A stretch of 64,000 nt of DNA from Schizosaccharomyces osmophilus (Eukaryota): positions 62,001-126,000 of the forward strand of contig NC_079240.1 of assembly GCF_027921745.1 (NCBI RefSeq), read 5' to 3'. How positions within the stretch are numbered: position 1 is the stretch's first letter; every line of letters begins with the position of its first letter. The translations under genes were made by a program, and so were the position numbers. Below are positions 46,520-58,910 of the stretch, piece after piece. Below the pieces are notes generated by a model that made no database searches, was not told the origin of the DNA, and saw only the letters and a list, made by a program, of their open reading frames with translations.

Positions 46520-47987
46520 ATGAGTTTAAACAAAAAAGCAAAATCGCGACCAAGGCCACCCATGGATCCATCGAACACTGCCAAGCGTAGGGCTGCCCGA
46601 TCAGCTCGTTTTTCTTCGGGGACCGATTTAAAGTATCAGACGTTACGGAAATCAAGGATGAAAGAACAAGAAGCTTTTGAAGCCCAACAATCCAAACATT
46701 GGCAAGAAAGCACCATTTTGGTCGGCACTTGTACTCAAATGTGTCCGGAGTTTGAAGTTGCCGAAAGAACGATACAAAAGTCCATTCATCCTTATGAAAA
46801 ACATCCAGAAACTCACCAACCTGATCCCGAGTTTACTGTTAAAGCTTACCATCGTCCTGCCGCTGGAAAAGGTCCCATCCTACCTTCCGATGTTCGGCCT
46901 CCAGCCATTTTGAGAAAAACAACCGAGTATCTTCTTCAACAAGTACTGCGGAAACATCCTTTTCACGAAGCACACGCTTTTGTGCGTGATCGGACTCGTG
47001 CTATACGCCAGGATTTTTCTGTACAATCTTCGTTTACGAATGAATCGATTTATTGTCACGAACTAATTGCACGATTTCACATCGTTTCATTGCATGAGCT
47101 AAAAGGTCAACCCGCTTTTAGCTCGCAGCAAGAAATCGAACAATTGTCAAAAGGTACGGTTTTAAACCCCTTCACTTCATCTAACTAATCAAATCGCTAG
47201 TTCTCTATACCCTTGGGCAATTATATGACTACAAACGAATGAAAAATCAAGCTAATCGACATGAACCCGAATTTCGTGCCTACATGGTTTTACTAAGCTT
47301 AGGCGATCCTGCAATATCCGTTGAGACGTTATCGTGGTCTCCGGACTTGATAGAAAAGCCAATTGTTCAAACGGCGTTGGCCCTTCATTCTTATGCACAG
47401 AGGAATAACCATACAGAGCAGAGATTTAAACATGTTGATTTGTCTCTAATTTCTTCTACAAATACTGAAGCTGCTCCAAATTTTTACACAAGGTTTTTCA
47501 AAGTTGCTAAAGGTTTCAAAACTACCTTTTTAATGGCGTGTATATTAGACATGTTTCTTCCTTCTTTACGTACTGGTGCGTTGAAGGCAATGAAAAAATC
47601 GTATCTTTCTGCTCATGCAAATATTCCTTTTTCTGATCTTTTAAGAATCCTTTCCCTCCCTCGTAATGAGGAGCTCATAAAAATCTGCAAGAGTCATGGT
47701 CTTCAAATAGAGTTTACAGATGAGCAACCGTTGTCTGTGATTTTAAATAAGAGAGCTTTAATTCATGGTATGTTGTGTCTTCCTATGCTTAATTAACCTG
47801 TTGAATAGATCCTTTACCGGAAGACAATGAATACTCGTATCTGGCTAATACGAAACACCCCAAGATATCGATTTCAAACATTATATGCGTCGCAAGTGAT
47901 CATGCAAAACTGCAAAGGCGCCGTTCAAAGAAAGACCCACGAAAGAATTCTTCTTCTAAACGGGGGAGTAATCCTAAAATCCTCTAG
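46520..47987 (+). CDS. sac32: SAC3/GANP domain protein; 3 exons
   Basis: [40 protein letters not shown]. Introns 47154..47200 and 47768..47808 are in frame; the last exon end is less certain. Confidence 0.85.
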
Positions 47988-48178
47988 TCTTCAGGTCAGC
48001 TTGGTTGCTGTTAATGATTTCTTTTTTTGGACACAAATTTATTGCATTTATAGAAAAACTATATTTACGAATAAGCATTCATTTAGTGGGTATGTAAGGC
48101 CGAGTAAACCAAAAATAATCATAAAAAAAAATCCATTCTAAAAATTTAAAACCCAAATATCAACCAAACGCAACTAAT

Positions 48179-48916
48179 TTAAAGCGTTTCTAAAGCTTTG
48201 GATACATCTACTTGATCTACTAGGTTCATGATTCGAGAATGAACAGTTTCCAGGCTGGTTGAGGCGTCCAAGGTGATAAAACTCAAACTCTCTTCTGTAT
48301 ATTCTCGTTCAATGCGCTCAAAATTTTTCTCAACCTTTTTTTGCATTTCAATGTTCTCGTAACGCTCCTCTCCGTACTGACCGCGTTTCGCAGCAACCTC
48401 GGGAGAAATATGCAGGAAAATTACAAGATCTGGACGTAGTAAACCGCGATCAGGACTCTTGCACCATTCCCAATTGAGTCCCTAGAATGGTTAGTACAAT
48501 GGCTTGCAAAGGCATACAAAAACATTAGAACAACGTACTTTAGCGGCAGAGAAGGCAATCCCAGAAAAGGCATAACGGTCCAAGATACATGTTACACCCG
48601 ATTGAATTTTTGATTGGATATCTTCAATAAGTTCCCATCGGTTCGCTGAGAAAAGTAAGTGAATGACTTGGTCACTAAGCTGACTAGTTTCTTTTAAATA
48701 TGCGTCAATTTTTTTTCCAATGGCGGTGGTTCGATCTAACTATTAGCAAAACAAACAAACTCTCAAACACGTTTCGATTATACCTGGAAACTTATAGAGT
48801 TGGACCTTTTTGCCCTTGGATTGCAATTTTTCCATTAATATTTGACATTGAGTTGACTTTCCTGACCGGTCCAACCCTTCAATGACAACTAAAGAACCTC
48901 TATTTTGAGCACTCAT
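48179..48916 (-). CDS. tmp1: Thymidylate kinase; 3 exons
   Basis: P-loop [17 protein letters not shown] across intron 48783..48736; LDRYAFSG; second intron 48538..48482; PDLVIFL and GEERYE motifs. Confidence 0.93.
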
Positions 48917-49419
48917 CTCCGGAAGTACAAGATGGTTAAGTTGTTGTAAGTTAATCTGTAAAGATTTTATAATTGTGGATAAATAAAAGAGAAACAAAAA
49001 ATTTGTGAAAAGAACGTATAGGGCCAACTAAAGAAAGGAGCGTTACCCACTGGACTATAGATGAGTTTGAAAAGTTGAATTTTAAAGGTCCCATATAAAT
49101 AAACCTATGTGAGAAAACAGGATTGTAAATAATGAAGTTAGATATACATTATATGACGCCAAAAGAATAAAAACTACCAAATTTATTTAACCGTGGAGAC
49201 GAAGTATTAAATATGCAAAAGTAGTTGATTCATGAAAAATCTATTCCTGTAAGCGTTCTTTTTAGCATAGAATAAGGATTTACCTCTTGATTAAAATTTG
49301 TATTTCTTTATTTTGTGAATAAAAAAGGTGACTTAGTTTCATTTCAACAATCGTCAATATGTAATACTGAGACGTTCAAACTCTAAGGAGGGCCAAGTTG
49401 GTTCAAGGATAATTATCTA

Positions 49420-50410
49420 TCATTTCTTAATTGCAACAAAGCGCAAACGGCGATATTGCAAGTACCAGTCTCCAGTTTCTGTGCAGTCCACCCATAACAA
49501 GGCTTGATAAACACGTTCTCGAAGGGTTTCCTTCAAATCAGGAAATGCATCATAAAAAGTGTGAGCAAATGTATCTAGCCAATCGCGAACATCGCGATTT
49601 AAATAAGTTGGACGATTTACATTTTCAGTGAAAGTGATTTCAAACCCAGCTTCCTTTAACATTGTTGTATACGCTATTCGAAGTTAGTGATTGAATTATA
49701 AAGTTAAGTAAAAAGCAGAAAGCGTAAGCAACATCCATGCTAAATCATTACCTTGTTCAGTTCCAAAGTACCAAGGGTTAGCTTCATCAATCTGCTCTTT
49801 AGGGATTCCATGGTCTAGTAGTACAGTGTAGATGCTAGTTACTACTTCTGAAACATTACCAAAAGCTAATAATGCTCACTTTAGTATGTGTAAAGGACGC
49901 CGCAGCAATCGAAATGATTCATAGTCGAGATCCACTTACCTCCGCATTCAGCAACAAAGCGACCACCGGGACGAAGGACACGAGCTATACCCTGAAAAAC
50001 AGTACTCCTTTCGTTGGGATTTCGCAAAATCCAATGCAAAGCAGCATTACTAAAGACGGCGTCAAACCCTTTCGATGAAAATTCAGTTGCACTTGCAAGG
50101 TTTTCTCCTGCAACTACATATGCTTCCAATCCTTTTTGCTTTGCCGATTGAATCATGGATTGGCTGGAATCAATTCCAGTAATGTGTTTACACTGCGATG
50201 CCAGATTTTGAGTTAAGACACCATCACCGCATCCCAAGTCAAGAACAACATCCTGGGATGTTAAAGCTAGTCTTTGAACGATTTCTTTCGTGAGTGCAGG
50301 AACAAAGGCAGCGTTTTTCTGATAAGTTTCAGCTGACCTAAAGTCATTGTCAGAAACTTTTGCACATGAATTGCTCGAGTTTACCAAAAATCTCTTCCCA
50401 TTTTAGACAT
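49420..50410 (-). CDS. SAM-dependent methyltransferase (SPCC70.08c-like); 4 exons
   Basis: Introns 50384..50338, 49939..49866 and 49751..49674 give MSKMGRDFWSAETYQKNA..VLDLGCGDG..FDAVFSNAALHW..NPWYF..YRRLRFVA. Confidence 0.88.
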
Positions 50411-51565
50411 AAAAAGGAATTCAATGAGTAACGGTCAAAATATGTGAGTAGTGTTTGATGCAAACCCTTTTGTCATTACAAAAGGCGAGTTAGATAATCT
50501 TAAGATCTTGAACGATAGAAATAAGGACCAACCATGCTCTTAAGAAATTCAATAGTTCTTTGTTTTTTAAGCTGAAATCGAAGAGTCCAAAAAGGACGTG
50601 ACTTAACAGAGGTTGATCTATAGAAAGTAGGCATATTTAATTCTCTTTGTAAAATTGAAAAGAGACAATGCTTGAATCGTGATCTTGTACCGTAACAAGT
50701 CTTGCTTTCCGGTGTCTACGCCCAAGAAACCCTTTTATGGTAAATTCAAGCAAAACATCACCATTTTAAATTTTAGAAGTAATTCTGAATTCATTGTTCT
50801 TGTAAAAAAAAAAAGTGTAAGCATATCAAACATTCAGTTCATGTTTCCACATTTGTTATTGATAAAGTAAACGATGAACATGCTTATTTGCAACAAGTAT
50901 TCGTCGTTTTTACTCATGATGTTTAAATATTTATGAAAGTAAGCCGATTTATATACATTAACTTGCTACAAATGGTATTTCATCTCTTCACTTGTCGATT
51001 TTTTAAAATGCTTACATCGGTGATTCTCGAAAATGGAATATCGTGTTCATTCCTACGAAAGCTCGCTGCGGTAGTTTTTGTAATACTGGTACAAAGAAAT
51101 TTCTTTTCATTTTCACTGTTGATTTCCATATATCTAGTTGTCGAGAGGCTAACCTTCAAATGCAGTTTTTAAAAATTCGACGAAGGGTGCAATTTGGTAT
51201 TCCAAATAGCTTGTGCAATGATTTTGCAGGATCATACTGGACAATGGAAAAAGGGTTGCTCCTACACACATTTCCCGATATTGACTCTGCTTTATTTAAA
51301 CCTATATCTAGTGCAAACAAACAATGTCAACTCATACATTGAAATTGTCTGCTTACTTGTTTATCATTATCACATTCTAATGCCAATATGAAGCCGTATT
51401 TTAACATATCATAACAACATTCATATTACCATATTCATTATTTCATGCAAAGACCATAATTCCAATTTCCAGAAGATGCGTATGCGTAGCGGTTGATTGA
51501 TAATACGTTTTATACGATCCCAGTTTCATAAACGTTACGTTTCACCAACAAAATTATCTAGATGT

Positions 51566-52298
51566 TTAGTTTAAAACATTTTGAACAAACTGTTTTAGTT
51601 TATGTTTTAGCTCATGCTTGTGTGAAGGCGATGCAACGGAGTTTAAAGACACCAAGGATTGATTTAAGACGGCTGGTTTACGAAAGTAACCATTGCTAGC
51701 CGCTGCACATAGCATGTCGGAAGAAATAGAGTTTGAGCCAGCTGTTGGCTCGCCCTCCTGTTTCTTTTCCATCAGCACTGGTATTTCCGGACAACTGTCT
51801 CGTTCGTCGATAGATGCTTCAACAGAAGGTACCGTACTCAAGGGTCTCAAAATGCTTTTAGCAGAAGAACGTTGGCTTGCTAAAATCGAGGTGTCTTGTT
51901 GCTTCTTTATAGTTGGATAACGGTCTTTTAAAGAAGAACTCGGTTTTAAATTTGACAATCGTGCTGCATGGGTATTTTGGTCAGGCTTTCTTCCATCAAT
52001 AACGTTGTTCCATGCACGAATTGTTTCTAAAGGTCTTTCATATTTCCAACGAGTCGGATTATTGGAGTCTGGTTCTAAATCACCATTTCACGGTTAGCAC
52101 ATACTTCTTCCTATACTTTCTATAAAGCAATAAAAAGTTTGATGCCTTACGGTAAATACTTTTCCCAGAGTAGTCTCGTTTCAGATATCGTTTACATAGT
52201 TTCGTAGATTCACGATTTACACGAGCATACGGTTCTAATTCTACTAAAGGTAAGGAGGGATTATCGAATTCACAAGAATCAGGTCCTGTTACTCTCAT
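51566..52298 (-). CDS. mug9: DUF2406 family protein; 5' end unresolved
   Basis: Intron 52150..52075 (GTAAGG..CTAAC..TAG) joins DYSGKSIY to QPDSNNPTRWKYERPLETIRAW (DUF2406 core) and on into the 51566 ORF. Confidence 0.7.
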
Positions 52299-53079
52299 CA
52301 GTTTTCTTCTGAACAATTCTCTTGATCTTGTTTCTAGAATTCTCTAACACAAAGATGTTGGTAGTTGACAAGTTCTCTTTCTCGTGTGAATTCTTTGTAT
52401 GCAGATTCACGCGTCAGCCCTTTCCTTAAGACAAAGAAGCGGAATTTGAATTTATTTGAAACAACAATTTGGAACGAAACTCTCCCTAAATAAAAGATAA
52501 TAAAATAGGGCCTTATGAGCTTCTTTGAGACGTGCTTCAAGCGTCGAGTACTCATGGTGAAAACCCTACCGATGAAGCTTTTAAAGGATTTTTTAAGAGA
52601 TGCCGTATGTCCTCCAAAACGAATAGACACTTTTCTTTTATAAGGAGAGGGCAATGAGGTCCAGAATCTGGCAAGTTCAAGTTTCACGTTTGCTCATGGA
52701 CAATTGACACCTATGGAGCAAAATTCAAGAACGGATACAAAATTTTTGTTAATCTTTAAAGAAATCCCTTTTTTAAAGAGTGAAACCGAACAAAACGATC
52801 GTTTTGTATTGAACTGCCTTCCCATTTACGTCAAAGAACAGCTAAGTATATCCTGCATAAACGCTCGGTTCCAGAAGCTTTCAACTGCTTTGCTTATTAT
52901 AACTCTTCTTTTGTTTTGTTATTCTCTCTGTTTTCTATGGTTTCATGTTCGGTTGATCACCCGTCTATACCATGAACAAGTCTATCGTTTAACCATTACG
53001 CCTCTCACTTCATCATAACAAAAAAGCGAGCTAGAACAGCACAAACGCTCGTTTATTTACATTAATATTTCAATTGAAT

Positions 53080-53532
53080 ATGTTTTTCTTTGTTTTTGCT
53101 GGGTTTGCCCTCATTGCACTCGTTGTTTCAATTGTTATGATGATTCATAGTTATTTTCTCAAACGTCGTCAAAAAGCTGCAGGTCAAGCAAAGACCACCT
53201 CTCACACCAGACCCTCCGAATCGGGCACTGTTCCAAGCAGTCAGCATGGGGATTCGTTGCAGACTGAAACTGTCATGGGATTTCCTGGTCAGTCTCCTGG
53301 CCATTATACAACTACGTATCGCCATCCAGAGGACGGGACAAGAACAACCGTTACTGAAAATCAGCCTGAAGAAATTCCTCCTCCATATTCGGCTGCTGTC
53401 CGAGAGAGTGCGCCGGGTTCACCGGACCTTTCTGAGAGCCTAAGAGGAGAAGGTGAAATTACACCCAGAGTTAGTCACGAAAGACCCCGGTCTCCTCCTC
53501 CTGTTTATTTACCTCCGGAGGAAATGGTTTAA
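53080..53532 (+). CDS. Single-pass membrane protein with PPxY motif (SPCC70.10-like)
   Basis: N-terminal hydrophobic helix followed by KRRQK; PPPY and PPVY motifs. Confidence 0.75.
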   Translation: MFFFVFAGFALIALVVSIVMMIHSYFLKRRQKAAGQAKTTSHTRPSESGTVPSSQHGDSLQTETVMGFPGQSPGHYTTTYRHPEDGTRTTVTENQPEEIPPPYSAAVRESAPGSPDLSESLRGEGEITPRVSHERPRSPPPVYLPPEEMV

Positions 53533-54027
53533 TTGCGTCGAATATGTTGTTCATCAAATCTTTCTTCCTTCAACTACAGGTTTCAGGTTTCTGTGTTCGA
53601 AGTATATTGTTAATTTACTAAATTATTACTTTTTGCTTTACTGCAGTTTTCTTCTCTGCCATCATTATTTGCATGGCAGGTTAACAAACTTTTTCTAATG
53701 ATACGAATATTTATGGATTCTCGGTTTTTTAACGGTTTTATGATTCTTGTTTTTTTTGGGCTTTTAAGAATTACAATTTGTTTTGTTTTTATTTTGTTTT
53801 AATTCACTTATGCCCGTCTGTTTTAGTAATACTTAGTATGGAATTAATTCTCTATTTATTAAAAGTCGCTATGCTACTTTTCGTAAAAGTAAAGTTCATC
53901 TCCAGTTTTCGTTACTAATTTCTTAGTTACTTATTTTAAACGATAAGTTTGTGCATTCTGTATGAGGTCAACGATAATAATGTCCAACATGAAAAACAAA
54001 AATGCACCCATTTCTTTACCTATGGCT

Positions 54028-55089
54028 CTATTTTTCTAACGTATAACTGTAGACTCGGGAGAAAACGTAGTCTCGATGATGTGTTAAAGGAAATTCAGTT
54101 GTCTCAAAGATTTCATTGTCAACGGCATAGAAGAAGACCCATTTTAAACGATTTCCTTTAGCTTGTAAGCTTTGTGCGTATGTATAAGCCCGACCGCCAG
54201 CGGGATGTGAAAGCAAAATTTGGCCAGCCGGAGACATTGACCATGTAGCCATGCAAGCAACTTCTCCATTACTAAAAGCTGGATTCGAAGAGGAAGGTGT
54301 GAAAAAAGAAGACTGGTGCCGATCGAAGTTTCGAACAATGAGACCTGGTTCCGTATTGGTTCGGAAAACCATACAAGTTCCATCTGGATAAAACCGAAGG
54401 TAACGATAATAAGATATTAAATGGACAGGTTGGTTCCAACTGGTATCACTAGTTCCTGGTCGAAAATATCTGCAGACAGAGATATAACAGCCATCAAATC
54501 GAATTCGAGGTTTTCTTAAATACATCTCCTTCCAGATTTGATGATATACAGAAGACAGCTCTTCTTCTATGCTTTCCTTTGTTTGTTGCCATTCGTTCTG
54601 TTGGTAACTAAAATAACAAAATTGGCGATAAAGTGAATCTGCTCGACACGCCTTCGCAAGCAGCTTGCAGCTTTGGGCTATACGAGGTAGATAAGACAAA
54701 TCGTTCAAGTTTTCAAAACAGTGCTCTACTATGAGCAGCAGAACCTCATCTGGAAGCTTGAGTATGAATGGCGGTGCCACGGAGAGCTGAGTCAGTTTAT
54801 TCGCTAGCTCATCTTCCTGACTATTATTGATTGATTCTTCTTCAGAGACCAGTTTACGATCCTCTTCATTCTGCTCTTTTCTGTTTTGAATCGCCAAGCG
54901 CTCTAATCGACGATATATTACCTCCACATCCTCGTGAATTTTATGAGCCCAACGATATCTGTTTAAAGAGTTGCCAATATCACCTTGTTTTTCAAATTCA
55001 ACGGCTTCTTTATAATGAAGTAAAGCTTCCTTAAGGATGTCACTATCTGGACATTCTTTAAGATCGTTTAATAAACGTTTTTCTTCCAT
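54028..55089 (-). CDS. pof7: F-box protein (Hrt3/FBXO9 family)
   Basis: F-box ILKLPDEVLLLI; PRIRFDGCYIS..Y.RPG; YYRYLRFYPDG. Confidence 0.9.
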   Translation of the reverse strand: MEEKRLLNDLKECPDSDILKEALLHYKEAVEFEKQGDIGNSLNRYRWAHKIHEDVEVIYRRLERLAIQNRKEQNEEDRKLVSEEESINNSQEDELANKLTQLSVAPPFILKLPDEVLLLIVEHCFENLNDLSYLPRIAQSCKLLAKACRADSLYRQFCYFSYQQNEWQQTKESIEEELSSVYHQIWKEMYLRKPRIRFDGCYISVCRYFRPGTSDTSWNQPVHLISYYRYLRFYPDGTCMVFRTNTEPGLIVRNFDRHQSSFFTPSSSNPAFSNGEVACMATWSMSPAGQILLSHPAGGRAYTYAQSLQAKGNRLKWVFFYAVDNEIFETTEFPLTHHRDYVFSRVYSYTLEK

Positions 55090-56115
55090 TTAGACAAAAA
55101 CAAAAATAAGATTTAAAACTTCAAAAATATAATCAAGTTACCCGTTTCTCAACTATGCGCAAATCGAAAATAATACAACTTTTTTAATTATTTAAGCAAT
55201 GTTATAGGACTCCATTCCAGGAAAAATCATTTAATGAAATTTTTTTTAACTTCAGGTTAGTTCATGTTAAAAAGGTTGCTTGCAATAACTCTTGGAATGC
55301 AAAATTTGAAATATTGGGGTATATACAATGAGAAGGAATAAGAGTGGCGCCCAAGAATGTGAAGGTCGAGGTTTTAAGCTAATGAATGTTCGGCTTACTG
55401 AATTCTGTTATATTCCTGTTTTCATTCAAACATAGAGGCTATAACTCTTGTTAAATGGGTGATTAAATTGGTTGCATTCGAAACCGACTTTAAGAAGTGA
55501 CACCAAATACACTAATTAAAATTCATATTTTAATGCTAGTTTAATTAATTTACTTGAATGGTTAGAATAAAGCTAGAGTAATCATGAATGAAGACTCGTC
55601 GACTTTGCAATATTCGTTCTTTTAGTTAGGCCCGTGCTTCGCCTCCGCGACTTGATTTGAAACAATAGTAGCTATATATAATCATATGAAACATATTCTA
55701 CTGCCTGTTACTATTATTATAAACGAAAAAGAGAAACCTCCAAAGCAGACGTAACTAAGTATAGATATTCACCTTCGTTTACATAGTAATTCATTCTAAT
55801 GCAGAGTGTCATCCTTTATAGATCAGTATATATACTACCACTGCGAAATGTTAGCGGAAAATGTTCATAAACTTCTAAACAGTTTGTAATTATATTGCTA
55901 AAACCATTCCTTTCCCTAGTTAATATACACTCTATATGATATAGGAACTTTACGAATCAAGCCGGTTCGCTAACATTTCCAAGTGGTCTCATTTTTAAAA
56001 AAAACCAACTTTTTATTTCATTCTTTTACTTAGTGAGTGCGACTTGTCAATTTAGACCCATAAATCTAACGTTTAGTTTTTTCCTTTCAGCTTCCCTTTT
56101 TTATCCTATTCAAAT

Positions 56116-58056
56116 TTAAACAAATTCGAAAACCTCATGTCTTCCATGACACATATTAGGAACTCTTTGGAAACCAACAATGCCTTCAAGGCTAATGGAA
56201 TCGTATTTTGAAAATAGGATTCTACACTTTGCAGCGTCCTGATCCAACTTTCCTTCGGTAATTGAACGCATTGGCATTCTGGCTAGCTCCACATAATACT
56301 GAGGATTTGTTGGAGGAGCATACATAACAACAGCCTTTACTCCACGGATATCAAAGCGACGGAAATGATGAGCACGCTCAGTATACAATATAATCTTAGT
56401 TTTTCCCTGTTGGAATAAAGTACGGGCTCTAGTTAGATCGGATGTACTAGAGTATTCAGAAATGGCGCTGTAACTAATTGCTTCGTCATCCATATGATTT
56501 CGTATTCTCACAAAATCAAAATAAGAAGGAACATACACCAAGATACCACCTTGGGGACTCTTAACAAGTTGGGGCAAGACTGAGTTGACAAAATAGGAGA
56601 AGCGAGCATCCGGTAATTTGATGATGGAGTCACTAGATACACGAACGTACGTCTGTTTAATTTTGTAACCTAATTGATTCAAAATTCCACGGTTTAATGT
56701 ACGGAACTTGATTTTTCCTGCAACATTCAACATGTAATGCGAAAAAAAAGAATTAATATCCAAAGCATTGTACTGAGAAAATAAAACGGTTTGTCGCATG
56801 TACTTAGCTTGCTGGTCCAAATACCACGGACGTACACGGCTAAAGTCACAATCATGAGCTTCTTTTGGTAAGCTATTGATTTCATCAAAGATAGCTTCAA
56901 TATGCTCCCAGTTTTGCATGTATAAAGAATCGGCTTGATCAATAATCGAAACCTCAATGGAACTCAAGAAATCCAAATCCCTTTTCTTATCACCTTTATT
57001 TCCAATTGCCAATCGTAAGCCTAATGGACTAGCAACTATGATATCAGAGTTGTAGAATTGAGAAAACAGTTTGACGGTTTTTCTGGTAAACTTGATGCCA
57101 ATACGAAACATATCATCAGTATTACCCGCAAACAAATAACGGAAATCTTCGGGCTTCTTTTCAGAGATAACTTCCTTCTCAATGGAAAAATCATCCTCGA
57201 AGCGGTTACGATTAGCCACCTGATCAGCTCCTGAGTAAGATATAAGAGTATTAATAAACTCGTAACAACTATTTCTTGTTGGTAAAAGGACCAAGACTTT
57301 TGGCCGAGTGTATCCTTGATCTCGAAACTCTAGCTCGGGGTTTTGAGATAACCTGGCACTGTTCTTTAAAATACGATCTCTTGTCTTAAACACGTGATTA
57401 AGAGCATGCAATGCATACAAAGAGCTTATTAGTTTATGGCTTTTAATGTTCATGTTGGTAAAAAACACATCTTGATAATTGAACATGTGTTTGGCAATCT
57501 CCATTTGCATAGTCGTCAAATGCCCCGATGGCTTTTGTGATTTATAAGCTTCTAAGATCCGTTGCTTTAAACCCAAATCAGAAACGTTATCGCTCTTAGG
57601 TATGCAATTGTATGAAACTTTCTCTTCTGTATCTGGCGTGAAAATTTGGGAAATTCCTAGCTTGGTTTCCTCAGACGATTGAGACAAATTCATAGCCTTT
57701 ACACAAGAAATTGCTTCGCTAATGGCCTGCATATTCTCACTATCAAAGTGACGATTAAAAGGGTCTTGAGATGTCTCGTTTTCCTTTTCATCTAAATTAT
57801 CCAGATCCTCACGAACAAGAGCATCAATTAATTCGTTTTCTTCATTGGTTTCATTTTCCTCTTCGTTTGTGTCCGGTTCATCTAACTTCTCAATGACTTT
57901 ATTCTTTTTTTCTTTATGCTTTGGCAAATCTTCGCTTTCCGATTTCTTCTCTGGTTTTCTCTTTTTTTTGCTATTCATCAAGTATAATAAAGCTTCATAT
58001 GACTTTCCAGCTAATTCATCTTTTGACATCTCATTGATGTTGCCAAACCCTGCCAT
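56116..58056 (-). CDS. utp25: U3 snoRNP-associated Utp25 (DUF1253)
   Basis: RDQGYTRPKVLVLLP, FYNSDIIVASPLGL, MQNWEH and LYTERAHHFRR motifs. Confidence 0.93.
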   Translation of the reverse strand: MAGFGNINEMSKDELAGKSYEALLYLMNSKKKRKPEKKSESEDLPKHKEKKNKVIEKLDEPDTNEEENETNEENELIDALVREDLDNLDEKENETSQDPFNRHFDSENMQAISEAISCVKAMNLSQSSEETKLGISQIFTPDTEEKVSYNCIPKSDNVSDLGLKQRILEAYKSQKPSGHLTTMQMEIAKHMFNYQDVFFTNMNIKSHKLISSLYALHALNHVFKTRDRILKNSARLSQNPELEFRDQGYTRPKVLVLLPTRNSCYEFINTLISYSGADQVANRNRFEDDFSIEKEVISEKKPEDFRYLFAGNTDDMFRIGIKFTRKTVKLFSQFYNSDIIVASPLGLRLAIGNKGDKKRDLDFLSSIEVSIIDQADSLYMQNWEHIEAIFDEINSLPKEAHDCDFSRVRPWYLDQQAKYMRQTVLFSQYNALDINSFFSHYMLNVAGKIKFRTLNRGILNQLGYKIKQTYVRVSSDSIIKLPDARFSYFVNSVLPQLVKSPQGGILVYVPSYFDFVRIRNHMDDEAISYSAISEYSSTSDLTRARTLFQQGKTKIILYTERAHHFRRFDIRGVKAVVMYAPPTNPQYYVELARMPMRSITEGKLDQDAAKCRILFSKYDSISLEGIVGFQRVPNMCHGRHEVFEFV

Positions 58057-58910
58057 TGTGATGATTTATTTATGATTTTAACTATGTCCTTCAAGTTTTC
58101 TATCCTTTTAAACACAATTCCAATAAATGCGAGTCTTGGTAAGTTAATAGAGAATTCGTTTTTATAGAATCCCTATTGTCTACCTTTTTACAAGGTTAGT
58201 TAAGCTGTAGGTATTGGTTAAATTGACAAGTTTACTTGAGGTTCGTTAATGAGAAGGTCAGCATTCGTAACTTCTATTTTTTTCATAAAATGTAAGTAGG
58301 AAATATATATATATATATATAAAAAAAAGGAATATTTAATAAAATTAAAAAGTAACTAAGTGCTACACGAGACACTAGAAATAACAACAAGAAAACTACT
58401 TATGAGACACTCTAATGAAAGACGCTATATTTAGAAGAGTGAAAAAATGAACTTTTAACATTAAAGTTGTGAATCCAAGCGTAGAAAAAACCCCTCCATT
58501 AACTACACAAAAAGACAACAACCACGATAGGGCTGCTGTATTAAACAAAACATGAATGAGAGGAAAAGCCAACAGTGGGTATTAAGTGAGACTAAAGATC
58601 ACTAGAATGCATAAGGATTAATATTCGGTGGCCATATAAAACGTAAGCAAATTATGGAATGTCTCATAGATGATAGTATTAGCATGAATCAAACAATCGT
58701 TATATAGTCTTCAGACTATTGGGAAAATTAGAACAGGAGTTATGAACAATGAAGTTAAATATTAACAAGTCCGTTCCGTACTGTTGCCACATCCCAATTT
58801 AACAGATGGTAATAGTTATAAAAAGGTGAGGGTAAGTTTTATCGTCTTATTAAATTTTTCGGATATATCAAGGAATTGTCGAGCCATCAATCACTAAAGC
58901 AATCCAAGTT

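Noticed and set aside
50679..51391. Cluster of short overlapping ORFs between the methyltransferase and mug9
   Set aside because: AT-rich, mostly non-ATG starts, no motifs.
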